A stretch of DNA of 64,000 nucleotides, from contig CAWEMM010000007.1 in the NCBI GenBank assembly GCA_963810095.1, forward strand, positions 480,001-544,000, given 5' to 3'. Below the pieces are notes generated by a model that was given only the letters and a program-made list of their open reading frames with translations, was not told where the DNA came from and did no database searches. Shown here piece after piece: positions 22,785 through 31,050 of the stretch; positions within the stretch are counted from its first letter, which is position 1; each line of letters starts with the position of its first letter. The translations under genes and the position numbers were made by a program. This DNA comes from an uncultured Chloroflexia bacterium. Its GTDB lineage: Bacteria; Chloroflexota; Anaerolineae; CG2-30-64-16.

Positions 22785-24797
22785 TCACCCGCCGACGTTG
22801 GCCTTGTACATTCCGCGGTAGTCCTGGGGGCCGACGGCGAAGAACCAGCGCACCTTCACCGGCATCACGTCGTTCGAGAACATCAGCCCCGACGACGGCG
22901 ACGCGACCGAGAAGATTTCGGGTGTCTCGCCATACCGGAAGCCCATCCCGATGGTCGGGTAGAGACGCGGGTCGGCAACCGCGGCCCAGTTGTTCGTGTC
23001 GGTCCACAGGTCGACGACGATGATGTGCCGCCGGGCCGCTTCGAGCCGGGCGTCGAACGTGCTGCCGCCGGTCGAATACGGGTTAATGTCGTTGTTGGCC
23101 GAGCCCAGCACACCTTCGCTGGCGAAGATCGTCAGCGCGGTGGCTTCGAGATCGGGCGGCACCAGCAGGTACTTGGGCGACGTCAGGCCGCCCAGCCGCT
23201 CGCCCGACCCCAGCTCCGCCTGCTTGCGCATGGCCAGCTTCGCCGCGCCCCAACTAGCCGATGACAGCGCGGTCGTGCCCAGGTTGCCGTGCCCGCTCGC
23301 GTCGAAAAGCGCAACCCCGTCCGACAGGGTCGGACCCACGCCCGACGCCGCAGTGAAGATGCTCGACACGGCCTTGTTCAGGGTGAGCCAGGCGCTCTGC
23401 GCCAGCGCGGGGCCGACGCTGCGGATGCGGCCCGTGTCGTCCTTGTCCATCGCCTCCAGCGTCAGCCCGAGGTAGCCGCCGCGCTTCTGCCAGCTCGCGG
23501 TCTGCGCGGCGTCGGTCCAGTCGAGCTCGGTGTAGGCCGCGCCTTCGGCCACGGCCGGCAGCTCTCCGACGCCGCCGAGCGTCGTCCACTTCACCGTTTG
23601 CAGCGTCGCGAATGACTCGCGGCGCACCACCGGCTCCCACCAGCGCGGGTACTGCTGAAACTCGTTGACCACGACCTTGTTCAGCACGTTGGCGACGATG
23701 TTCGCCATCGTGGTCGAGTTCACGTTCGCCAGGTAGACGCGATCCTCGTGGAAGCGGCCCGTCATCTCCAGGTCGCCCGACAGCAGGTGGTAGAACTCGC
23801 GCAGCCCGCTCAGCGGCCGCACCCCGCCCCGGGTCGGCCGCCCCTCGGCCAGCGCAGTGAACGCCTCCGTCACCTGGTCCAGCCCGTTCTGCATGCCGCT
23901 CAGGCGGATGCCCTGCACAGTGCGGGCCGCCTCGTCGCCCGCCCACGCGGCCTTGACCCGGCTGATGCCGGCGTCGAGCTGGTCGACGGTCCAGTCAGCC
24001 GCCAGCCCTGCCCGGACCACGGTTCGCCACCGGGCAGGCAGGCCCGACACGGCCAGGCGTGCCTCCAGCACCGACTCCCGGGCCGCGCCCATCAACTGCG
24101 ACAACTCGACGCCGGCCCCGGTGTCACCCCGCTCTACCGCGTCAACCTGCCCGCTGGCCGCCGCGTCCCGTCCCGTAGTTTCCTCGCCCATCGAATCCCC
24201 TCCTGTGAACCGGTCGATTGGCTCGACCGCGTCGAGCGCCTCAACCCCATTGAGCACGTGCAGGAACTCGCCGCCTGCCGCGGGCCGGTACACCGCATCC
24301 ACCTGGTCGACCCGCACGATTTCACGCACTTCCCGCATGCCCGCCCCATCGGGCGGGCCCACCCGCACCCACGGCACCGCGCTGAGCCCAATGGCCGGCA
24401 CCGGCCGGCCCTCGGCCCTGGCCTGCAGCCACCCGTCCACCAGCCGCCGGAACCCGTTGGCCACATCTGTGTCCGCCAGCCGGTAGTCCGCGACGACCGC
24501 GCCTGCCGTGGTTCCGCCCGGAAGCGGCGGAACCGAATCGTCCCAGTGGGCCTTCTCCGTCATCCCCAGCAACCTCTCGAGCATCGGGTGCCCGTGCTGC
24601 CCGGGCTGGGGGGCCGGCGGATTCAGGAACGACGCCAGCCCGTCAAACTTGTGCGCGTCCTGCCTGAGCACCGCGGCCGGGCACCGCAGCCCCTTGCCGA
24701 TCCATTCGCCCGGCCGGATCAGCACGGCCCGGTAGACCCGTCCGGCCCGGGGCTCCAGCTCTGCATCGCAGCACACCCGCTCGATCTCATCCTCCAA
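22785..24797 (-). CDS. Fused prohead protease/scaffold/major capsid protein (Mu gpT-like HK97-fold capsid)
   Basis: N-terminal protease-like region (IGLSA...VDQVDAVYRPAAGGEF). C-terminal LPAVAEGAAYTE...GLTLEAMDKDDTG...LFDASGHGNL...PKYLLVPPDLE...DYRGMYK as in Mu gpT-like capsids. TTG start 24797 follows AGGAGG. Confidence 0.82.
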   Translation of the reverse strand: MEDEIERVCCDAELEPRAGRVYRAVLIRPGEWIGKGLRCPAAVLRQDAHKFDGLASFLNPPAPQPGQHGHPMLERLLGMTEKAHWDDSVPPLPGGTTAGAVVADYRLADTDVANGFRRLVDGWLQARAEGRPVPAIGLSAVPWVRVGPPDGAGMREVREIVRVDQVDAVYRPAAGGEFLHVLNGVEALDAVEPIDRFTGGDSMGEETTGRDAAASGQVDAVERGDTGAGVELSQLMGAARESVLEARLAVSGLPARWRTVVRAGLAADWTVDQLDAGISRVKAAWAGDEAARTVQGIRLSGMQNGLDQVTEAFTALAEGRPTRGGVRPLSGLREFYHLLSGDLEMTGRFHEDRVYLANVNSTTMANIVANVLNKVVVNEFQQYPRWWEPVVRRESFATLQTVKWTTLGGVGELPAVAEGAAYTELDWTDAAQTASWQKRGGYLGLTLEAMDKDDTGRIRSVGPALAQSAWLTLNKAVSSIFTAASGVGPTLSDGVALFDASGHGNLGTTALSSASWGAAKLAMRKQAELGSGERLGGLTSPKYLLVPPDLEATALTIFASEGVLGSANNDINPYSTGGSTFDARLEAARRHIIVVDLWTDTNNWAAVADPRLYPTIGMGFRYGETPEIFSVASPSSGLMFSNDVMPVKVRWFFAVGPQDYRGMYKANVGG

Positions 24798-24866
24798 TTT
24801 CGCACCTCCTGCGCCGCGCCTGTTTGCCTGTTCGACAATCACCCCGCTGCGCCATACAAGGCGAGA

Positions 24867-24968
24867 TGAAATAGGACACTGATTGAACTGATCCGACTGA
24901 TTGCCACGATCTCTTTCCCGCAGGACAGTGCAGACCAGTTCAAGCGGTTGTATCAGTGTCCTATTTCA
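24867..24968. repeat. Family B palindromic element
   Basis: TGAAATAGGACACTGAT...ATCAGTGTCCTATTTCA perfect 17-bp termini. Confidence 0.85.
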
Positions 24969-24970
24969 GA

Positions 24971-25249
24971 TCAGTAGTACCCGATCGTCACGGCGACGTC
25001 GCCGCTCTGCGACCCGACGTTGATCCCGCCGCCGATCACGAACCTGCCGTGCCAGCACACCGTCTGCCCCGCGACGACCGAGACCGTGAGGTACGTCCTG
25101 CTGTCCTCCGCATCGGCGATCGAAATCACTGCGGACGCAGCGCCGGTCAGCTCGGTCACGATCAGGTCGGTGAGCACGCACGGGCCCGTAATGACGTCCT
25201 GGTCCTCGCCCATCGACAAGGTGACCATCACCGGTAGACTTGCAGCCAT
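24971..25249 (-). CDS. Small beta-rich hypothetical protein (92 aa) between portal and capsid
   Basis: AAAGGAGG RBS before ATG 25249; Val/Thr/Gly-rich. Confidence 0.6.
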   Translation of the reverse strand: MAASLPVMVTLSMGEDQDVITGPCVLTDLIVTELTGAASAVISIADAEDSRTYLTVSVVAGQTVCWHGRFVIGGGINVGSQSGDVAVTIGYY

Positions 25250-25288
25250 CTGGTTTCCTCCTTTCTCCAAGTTCTATGCCATCCCGCG

Positions 25289-26653
25289 TTAGCGGCCCCG
25301 TTCCGACTCTCCCAGGATCTCCGCCAACTCCTCCTCGTCCGGCGTCTCGCCGGCAAACTTGAGCACCGTCCGCACCACGAGCCGCCGCCAGCGGCGTCCG
25401 CCGACACCCTGCCCGCTGACCGAGGCCAGTGCTGCGGCCACCTGGGCCGCCGAGCTTCCCAGCTCCGCATTGTCGGCCGGCGAGATGTCGGGGACGCCCG
25501 TGCGGATGTCCGCGAGCGTGGCCGGCTCGCCCGCCACTTTCCCCAGCCGCACCGCCCGGTTGTACGCGGCCAGCCCAGTGGTCGCCAGCGCCCAGGCGAA
25601 GTACTGCTGGCGGGCCCGCATGAAGCGCGAGCGCTGCTCGCCCATGGCTTTGGCGGTCGCCAGGTTCGCTTCTTCGCCTTCCCCCATGTCGACCAGCCCG
25701 ACGCCGGGTCCACCGGCGACGATCATCCAGCGGATGGCCCGCCCGTCCGCCTGCGCGTCGTTCGCATGCAGGGCCGGCGCCACCGCCTGCCATTCCTCAC
25801 TGTCCTTGTCGAGCACCAGCACCGAGCCTGGTTCCGGCGCCCGCGCCCACTGCAGCTTCTTCTCCTCTACCCGGGCGCCCGGCACCTTGACGACCCACAG
25901 GAAGGCCCGCACTGCCGCATTGAGCATGGTCCGGTCCTCGAGCCACCTCGAGTACCGTTTCAGCCACACCAGCACCGGCGCCAGGTCCGACTCGCCGCGC
26001 ACGCACCCCACGGGGCGGTTGACCGCGAAGTGCAGGCACACGGGTGCGGGCGCATCGACCCCCAGAGCCGCAGAAGCGTCAGCTTCTGCCAAGCCGGAGC
26101 CGAAGGCTCCGGCCGCCGCCCACACCCGCCCGTCCGGATAGTCCGGGTCGTCAAGGCCGACCATCTCGTGATAGGCGATCTCCGTCTCGTAGTCTCCCGG
26201 AGCCGTGATCACCCGGTCGATGTTCGAGGCCGGCAGCGCCCGGACGTACGACATGCCGTCGGCCGGGTTCATGTGCAACGTGATGAAGAGCTCGCCCGAC
26301 CGGCTGAGTTCCTCGCACAGGCTGTATTGGCGCAGCGCCATCTGATTCTGCTCGTGCGCCCAGAAGGCCCGGAGAAAGGCCGCCAGGTCGGTACGGTCCG
26401 ACGTCAGCGTGATCCCGTCACCGCAGACGAACGACGATACCAGCGACACCAGCCGCCGGGCCAGCGCATTTCGCCGCCACGCCTCGCGGGCATCGGTGAA
26501 CTCCTGTGACAGCACTTCCCACGGCTTGTCCAGGCCGGTGCCCGACGACTGCACCAGCCCGTCGTTCTTCTGTCCCGGCGCAACCGGGTCGACGCGCGCC
26601 AACGCCAACACGGCTGTCGACGCACGGAGCAAGAGCTTCTGCACCCAAGTCAT
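25289..26653 (-). CDS. Phage portal protein
   Basis: Follows the terminase; ~454 aa; RRNALARRLVSLVSSFVCGDG...LSRSGELF...NRPVGCVRGESDLAPVL...EEANLATA portal-like pattern. Confidence 0.72.
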   Translation of the reverse strand: MTWVQKLLLRASTAVLALARVDPVAPGQKNDGLVQSSGTGLDKPWEVLSQEFTDAREAWRRNALARRLVSLVSSFVCGDGITLTSDRTDLAAFLRAFWAHEQNQMALRQYSLCEELSRSGELFITLHMNPADGMSYVRALPASNIDRVITAPGDYETEIAYHEMVGLDDPDYPDGRVWAAAGAFGSGLAEADASAALGVDAPAPVCLHFAVNRPVGCVRGESDLAPVLVWLKRYSRWLEDRTMLNAAVRAFLWVVKVPGARVEEKKLQWARAPEPGSVLVLDKDSEEWQAVAPALHANDAQADGRAIRWMIVAGGPGVGLVDMGEGEEANLATAKAMGEQRSRFMRARQQYFAWALATTGLAAYNRAVRLGKVAGEPATLADIRTGVPDISPADNAELGSSAAQVAAALASVSGQGVGGRRWRRLVVRTVLKFAGETPDEEELAEILGESERGR

Positions 26654-26778
26654 TTGATTCGCTCCCTCGATAGAAATCGCACGCAGATGATGCAGAGCCG
26701 CTGCGATGGGCGCTGATGAGCCAGACTGGGGTGATGCATTCTGGCAATCCCTCGCACCGGCGTTGATCTGCGTCCTGT

Positions 26779-28466
26779 TCACCACCCACCCGTTTCCCCT
26801 GAATCGATCTCCCAGGCCGGCGGGATCACGGCGCTCTCGCCGCTGCCCGTCCGGCAGTATTTCGCCGCCGCGGCCGCCAGGCACCAGGCGATGCAGCGGT
26901 CGTCGTGATCCCCGGGCGGTGCGGCGAGTGCCGCGCCGGTGAATGCGCTCAGCTGGCGCAGCGTCTCAGCGTCACGGACCCTGGGCGCACGCCCGCCGCC
27001 GCTGCTCGAGGCTGCCGTCCCGCAGCAGGTCGGCCGCTGCATCGACCGCCAGCGCCTTGTTCTTCGCGGTCGTCAACCAGCCCGGCTGGCCGTCGAGCCC
27101 GCGCAGCACCGCGGCGCGGCTGCCAATCCCGTCGACGCCCTCGCCAACGCTGTTGGCGCTCTCGCGCAGGGCTAGGAGCACCGCATGGCCGTGGTTGTTT
27201 CGCTCGACGAGAACGCCCGCCTGAGCCCCGCCGGCCGCGATCCACCGCCCTAGCGCCGCCAGCCCACCCGCGAATGTCGCAGGCTCGAAGCGCCCGGCCC
27301 AGACTGCAACCTGATCCCCGGTCACCGCATCGAGCACGCACGCGGCGCTCTCGTCCGACTGCGGGTTGCCCCCGGCCGGGTCCGCCCCGATCACGTACCA
27401 CCGGCCGGGCCGAGGGCTCTCCCAGACCGTCAGACCGTTCAATGCCGGAAGGCCGGTTTCAACACAAAGGCACGAAGACACGATGTTGTCGGCACCATCT
27501 CCTGGTGACTTTGTGACTTTGTGTTGAGATCTGTTGGTCATCGGAGCAGTCCCGGTATCATCTGCCCCCGTGCACCACTCGGCGGCGAAGCGGGCATCGC
27601 TCGACCGGGCGGCCAGCGCCTCGACATCCGTCGCCGGATACTCCGCATAGAGCGAGTCAAGCGACCCAGAGCGGGCCCAGATGTCGCGTTTCACCGCTTC
27701 GTACCACTCGACCGTGCGGTCGGGCCGGGCCGACCAGGGCAGAAACACCGGAGCGTAGCCGTTCTCGCTCACTCCGGAGGTGCTCATCCCGGAGGTGCTC
27801 ACCCCCGAGGTGCCCGCGCCCTTCGCGGCCTGGTAGATGCGCTTGAACGTGCTGCCCGGCGCGCCCTTGTCCACCGTCGACAGCAGCACCATCTGCCCGC
27901 CCCCGTCGATGGTTGGCTTCACGGCATCGAGCAGGCTTTGCAGGTCCCGGTTGCCCGCCGAGCGCGCAACGTAGTCTGCTTCGTCCACGAGGGCGAATGT
28001 GCCCGTGTAGGACCGCCCGCCCGTGGTAGGGAAGGCCAGGGCCGCACTGCCGTTGGAGAGGCGGAACTCATGCAGGTTGTTCACCAGCACCTCCCGGGCC
28101 TGCATGGGCTCCGGCAGCCGGGCGTACATCCCGACGAGGCGGAACGACAACAGGTGTGTGGCTTCGGCGTCGCGCTTGGAGAACAAGCAGCGCCGTCGCC
28201 GCGGGACGGAAGAGCATCAGCCACAGCGCATAGGCCGTTGTCAGCCAGCTCATACCCAACTGACGGGCCTTGAGCATCACGACCAGTCGCTCGCTCTGCA
28301 GCACCTCCGCGACCTCGACCTGGCACGGCCACAGGTGGAATGGCCGCCATGACCGGCTCGAGGCGTCGTACACTTGCACCCAGCGGTCGCACCAGTACGG
28401 GAAGCTCTTGGCACATTTCAGCCGCTCTTCTCGGATCTGGGCGTCTCGGCTCCCTCGTCGCTGCAT
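26779..28466 (-). CDS. Phage terminase large subunit; frameshifts near 28185 and 26990
   Basis: FHLWPCQ adenine-binding motif, LKARQLGMS (Walker A), ALVDEAD (Walker B), LLST coupling motif. RNase H-like nuclease YVIGADPAGG...D.SA, VERNNHG, HDDRCIAW. Confidence 0.85.
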
Positions 28467-28837
28467 GGCTCATCCTCTTGGGCGAACCGGCGTAGCTGCT
28501 CGAGCATGTCGTCGGCCGAAGGACCGGCCTTGTCTCGCTTTCGCTCTGCCCGGGGCGCCTGGCGGGCGGGCAGCCCCTCCGTGTAGTCGGCAATGAAGCG
28601 GGCCGCGCCGCGATCGCCGTCGAGCGCCATCGTCCACAAGACCCGCAGCAATCGCTCGAGCCGCGTGTAGGTCGCAGTCTCCGTGCGGCCTTCCCCCGAA
28701 CCGTCCTGCGCCCCCGCCTCGACGTCGGTGAACTCCACCCGCTCGCGGCCGATGGCCCTGCCCAGCGCAGCAATTGTGCTGCCGCGGCGCGGCCGTCCGT
28801 CCGGGTTACCACTCTGCCCCACCTTCCATCGTGCCAC
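28418..28837 (-). CDS. Putative terminase small subunit (DUF5681-like)
   Basis: WKVGQSGNPDGRP N-terminal motif and ALDGDRGAARFIADYTEGLP; GTG start follows AGGAGG; directly upstream of terL. Confidence 0.72.
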   Translation of the reverse strand: MARWKVGQSGNPDGRPRRGSTIAALGRAIGRERVEFTDVEAGAQDGSGEGRTETATYTRLERLLRVLWTMALDGDRGAARFIADYTEGLPARQAPRAERKRDKAGPSADDMLEQLRRFAQEDEPCSDEGAETPRSEKSG

Positions 28838-29153
28838 TGCCGTATACCTCCTGTAGCTCTGCCAGCGTGACAATCCCGTGCGCCACGCACCAGCCCACCA
28901 GCCCCGCCTGCGACCGGGCGCCGGTCTCCTCGTACAGCCAGCACAGATGCCGCCGCACCGCCTGCTGCCCGATGCCCAACCGCCGCGCCAGGTCTTCCAC
29001 CGTCTCCCCCAGGCTGATGCCGCGGGCGATCTCGCGGCGGCGCTGGCCGGATGCGTGCATTACCCGTGCCTCGTCCGGCGCGGTCCGGCCGCAAACCGGC
29101 TGCCGCTTCGTTCCGAGGGCGTGCTGCTGTGAACAGGGTCGATCTTGAGTCAT
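28806..29153 (-). CDS. LuxR/GerE-type HTH regulator without receiver domain
   Basis: RRREIARGISLGETVEDLARRLGIGQQAVRRHLCWLYEETGARSQAGLV; start uncertain. Confidence 0.65.
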   Translation of the reverse strand: MTQDRPCSQQHALGTKRQPVCGRTAPDEARVMHASGQRRREIARGISLGETVEDLARRLGIGQQAVRRHLCWLYEETGARSQAGLVGWCVAHGIVTLAELQEVYGSGTMEGGAEW

Positions 29154-29268
29154 GGTTGCCGCTCCGGCCGCACTGGCCGCCAAACAAAAGGGGTCGCCGC
29201 CGCGACCAACGCCTCAAAAGGGCGCTGCTCGCCTGCGACGACCCCGGGACTCTTTCACCGCCGGCAGG

Positions 29269-29421
29269 TCAACTGCTTGATTCGGTTATCTTCTCGTCGA
29301 CGCTCCAGATAACACGAGCGACGCGACCTTTCTCGACGACGACGGTGACGCTGCCCCAGCCGCCCGCCTGCACGATCTTCTCGACCAGCCAGCGGATGTG
29401 TTGGGCCAGGCGCTCAGACAT
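29269..29421 (-). CDS. 50-aa small protein (DUF2292-like), absent from the ORF track
   Basis: GGAGGTG RBS; MSERLAQHIRWLVEKIVQAGGWGSVTVVVEKGRVARVIWSVDEKITESSS*. Confidence 0.65.
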   Translation of the reverse strand: MSERLAQHIRWLVEKIVQAGGWGSVTVVVEKGRVARVIWSVDEKITESSS

Positions 29422-29473
29422 GGAGCACCTCCGGTTTTCGGGAGTAGGGTTTCGGGGCCGCCTTTGTTTGATC

Positions 29474-29509
29474 TAGAACATATATACTACTGGATCAGGG
29501 GAAAGTCAA
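29474..29509 (-). promoter_or_regulatory. Putative sigma70 promoter with overlapping LexA-like box driving the phage-like operon
   Basis: Minus strand TTGACT-N17-TATATA; the near-palindrome TAGTATATATGTTCTA overlaps the -10 region. Confidence 0.45.
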
Positions 29510-29689
29510 GACATATTTGTAGCATCAGAGGCACCAATTTGGGGACTTCGACTCAGTTGCTCCGCGGCCGCGGTCATGCTATGATTCAACCTGCTACAGT
29601 CTGCAGATCGATATCACGCCGGTCGCGCTCGCGCTGCTCGGCCACCCCGCACGTCGCGTGCCGTGCATGCGACTGACTAGGAGCACGAT

Positions 29690-30850
29690 TTGGGAACAGC
29701 GACAAAAGCCGCGCCGAAAGGGGCGGTCAGAAGCATCCAGTTCAGCCAGCAGCATGGCTTCCGCAAGACGCTCAACGACCGCGTCGATGCGTACCTGCGC
29801 GACAATAACATTCCCGCCCGAGGCTTGCCCAGGATGTACGTCAAGACGGCCATCGTCCTGACCTGGTGGCTCGGCGTGTATTTGCTCTTGCTTCTCGGGG
29901 GCTTCCCGCCGTTGGTGAACGTGGTGCTCTGCCTGGTGTGGGCGCTCGCCTTCGCTTCGGTCGGGTTCAACGTCATGCACGACGCCAACCATCGCGCCTA
30001 CTCCGACAGCCCGCGCGTCAACCGCATCATGGCGCTCAGCGCGGAGATGTTGGGCATCAGCGGTTTCCGGTGGCGCACCAAGCACAACGTCTGGCATCAC
30101 ACTTACACGAACGTCGCCGGCTACGACGACGATGTGCAGGCATACGGACTGATGCGGCTGACCCCCCGCGAGCCGTGGAAGCCGCTGCACCGCGCACAGG
30201 CCTGGTACTTCCCGGTGATCTACAGCTTCATCGCGTTCGACTTCATCCTGCGGGACTTCATGATGGTGTTCTTCGGCAAGTCGGACCCGGACCATGTGTA
30301 TCCGAAGCTGAGCACGTCTGATAAGGTCACGTTCTGGCTTGGCAAGCTATTCTTTGTGACAGTCATGTTCGTGCTGCCGTCGCTGGTCTTTCCGTGGTGG
30401 CAGGTGCTGGTCGGCTTCTTCCTGGTGTTCCTGACGGTCGGGCTGGTGCTTGCGGTGGTCTTCCAGCTTGCGCACATCAACGGCGATCTCGAGTTCCCCG
30501 TGCCGGTCGGCAAGCCGCCCCACATTGAAGATGAGTGGGCGATGCACCAGGTGCGGACGACGACGGACTTCGCGCCCAACAACAAAGTGCTGAGCTGGTA
30601 CGTCGGTGGGCTCAACTTCCAGGTCGAACACCACCTGCTGCCGCACATCTGTCACTTGAACTATCCGCGCCTCAGGCCCATCGTCCAGGCGACGTGCGAA
30701 GAGTACGGGCTGCAATACCACTGCTATCCGACGTGGCGAGAGGCGCTGGCCCAACATTGGCGTGAGCTGCGGGCGCTCGGGCGGCCGGGCCCCAGAAGCC
30801 ACCCCGGCCCCGAAGGCCGCTCTGCGCTGATCTGTCGACGGGAGCCCTGA
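29690..30850 (+). CDS. Fatty acid (acyl-CoA) desaturase
   Basis: His boxes HDANH, HNVWHH and QVEHHLL; GGLNFQ. Confidence 0.92.
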   Translation: MGTATKAAPKGAVRSIQFSQQHGFRKTLNDRVDAYLRDNNIPARGLPRMYVKTAIVLTWWLGVYLLLLLGGFPPLVNVVLCLVWALAFASVGFNVMHDANHRAYSDSPRVNRIMALSAEMLGISGFRWRTKHNVWHHTYTNVAGYDDDVQAYGLMRLTPREPWKPLHRAQAWYFPVIYSFIAFDFILRDFMMVFFGKSDPDHVYPKLSTSDKVTFWLGKLFFVTVMFVLPSLVFPWWQVLVGFFLVFLTVGLVLAVVFQLAHINGDLEFPVPVGKPPHIEDEWAMHQVRTTTDFAPNNKVLSWYVGGLNFQVEHHLLPHICHLNYPRLRPIVQATCEEYGLQYHCYPTWREALAQHWRELRALGRPGPRSHPGPEGRSALICRREP

Positions 30851-30854
30851 ATCT

Positions 30855-31050
30855 GAAATAGGACGCTGATGCGACTGATTGAACTGATCTGCACTGTCTT
30901 TTTGAAAGAGATCAGGCGAATCAGTCTCATCAGTTCAATCAGTGTCCAATTTTAGAGCGGGACACTGATCCGACTGATTGAACTGTTCTGCACTGTCTTT
31001 TCGAAAGAGATCAGGTGAATCAGTCTCATCAGTTCAATCAGTGTCCAATT
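30855..31050. repeat. Two tandem family B palindromic elements between convergent genes
   Basis: GGAC(G/A)CTGAT.CGACTGATTGAACTG...ATCAGTCTCATCAGTTCAATCAGTGTCCAATT occurs twice. Confidence 0.85.

Noticed and set aside
22785-24797. Encapsulin nanocompartment
   Set aside because: The adjacent terminase and portal indicate a DNA-packaging head rather than a protein-cargo shell.
19963-29421. Complete prophage or PICI
   Set aside because: No integrase, att sites, replication, tail or lysis genes are recognisable. A decayed prophage remnant is not excluded, but a complete element is not supported.
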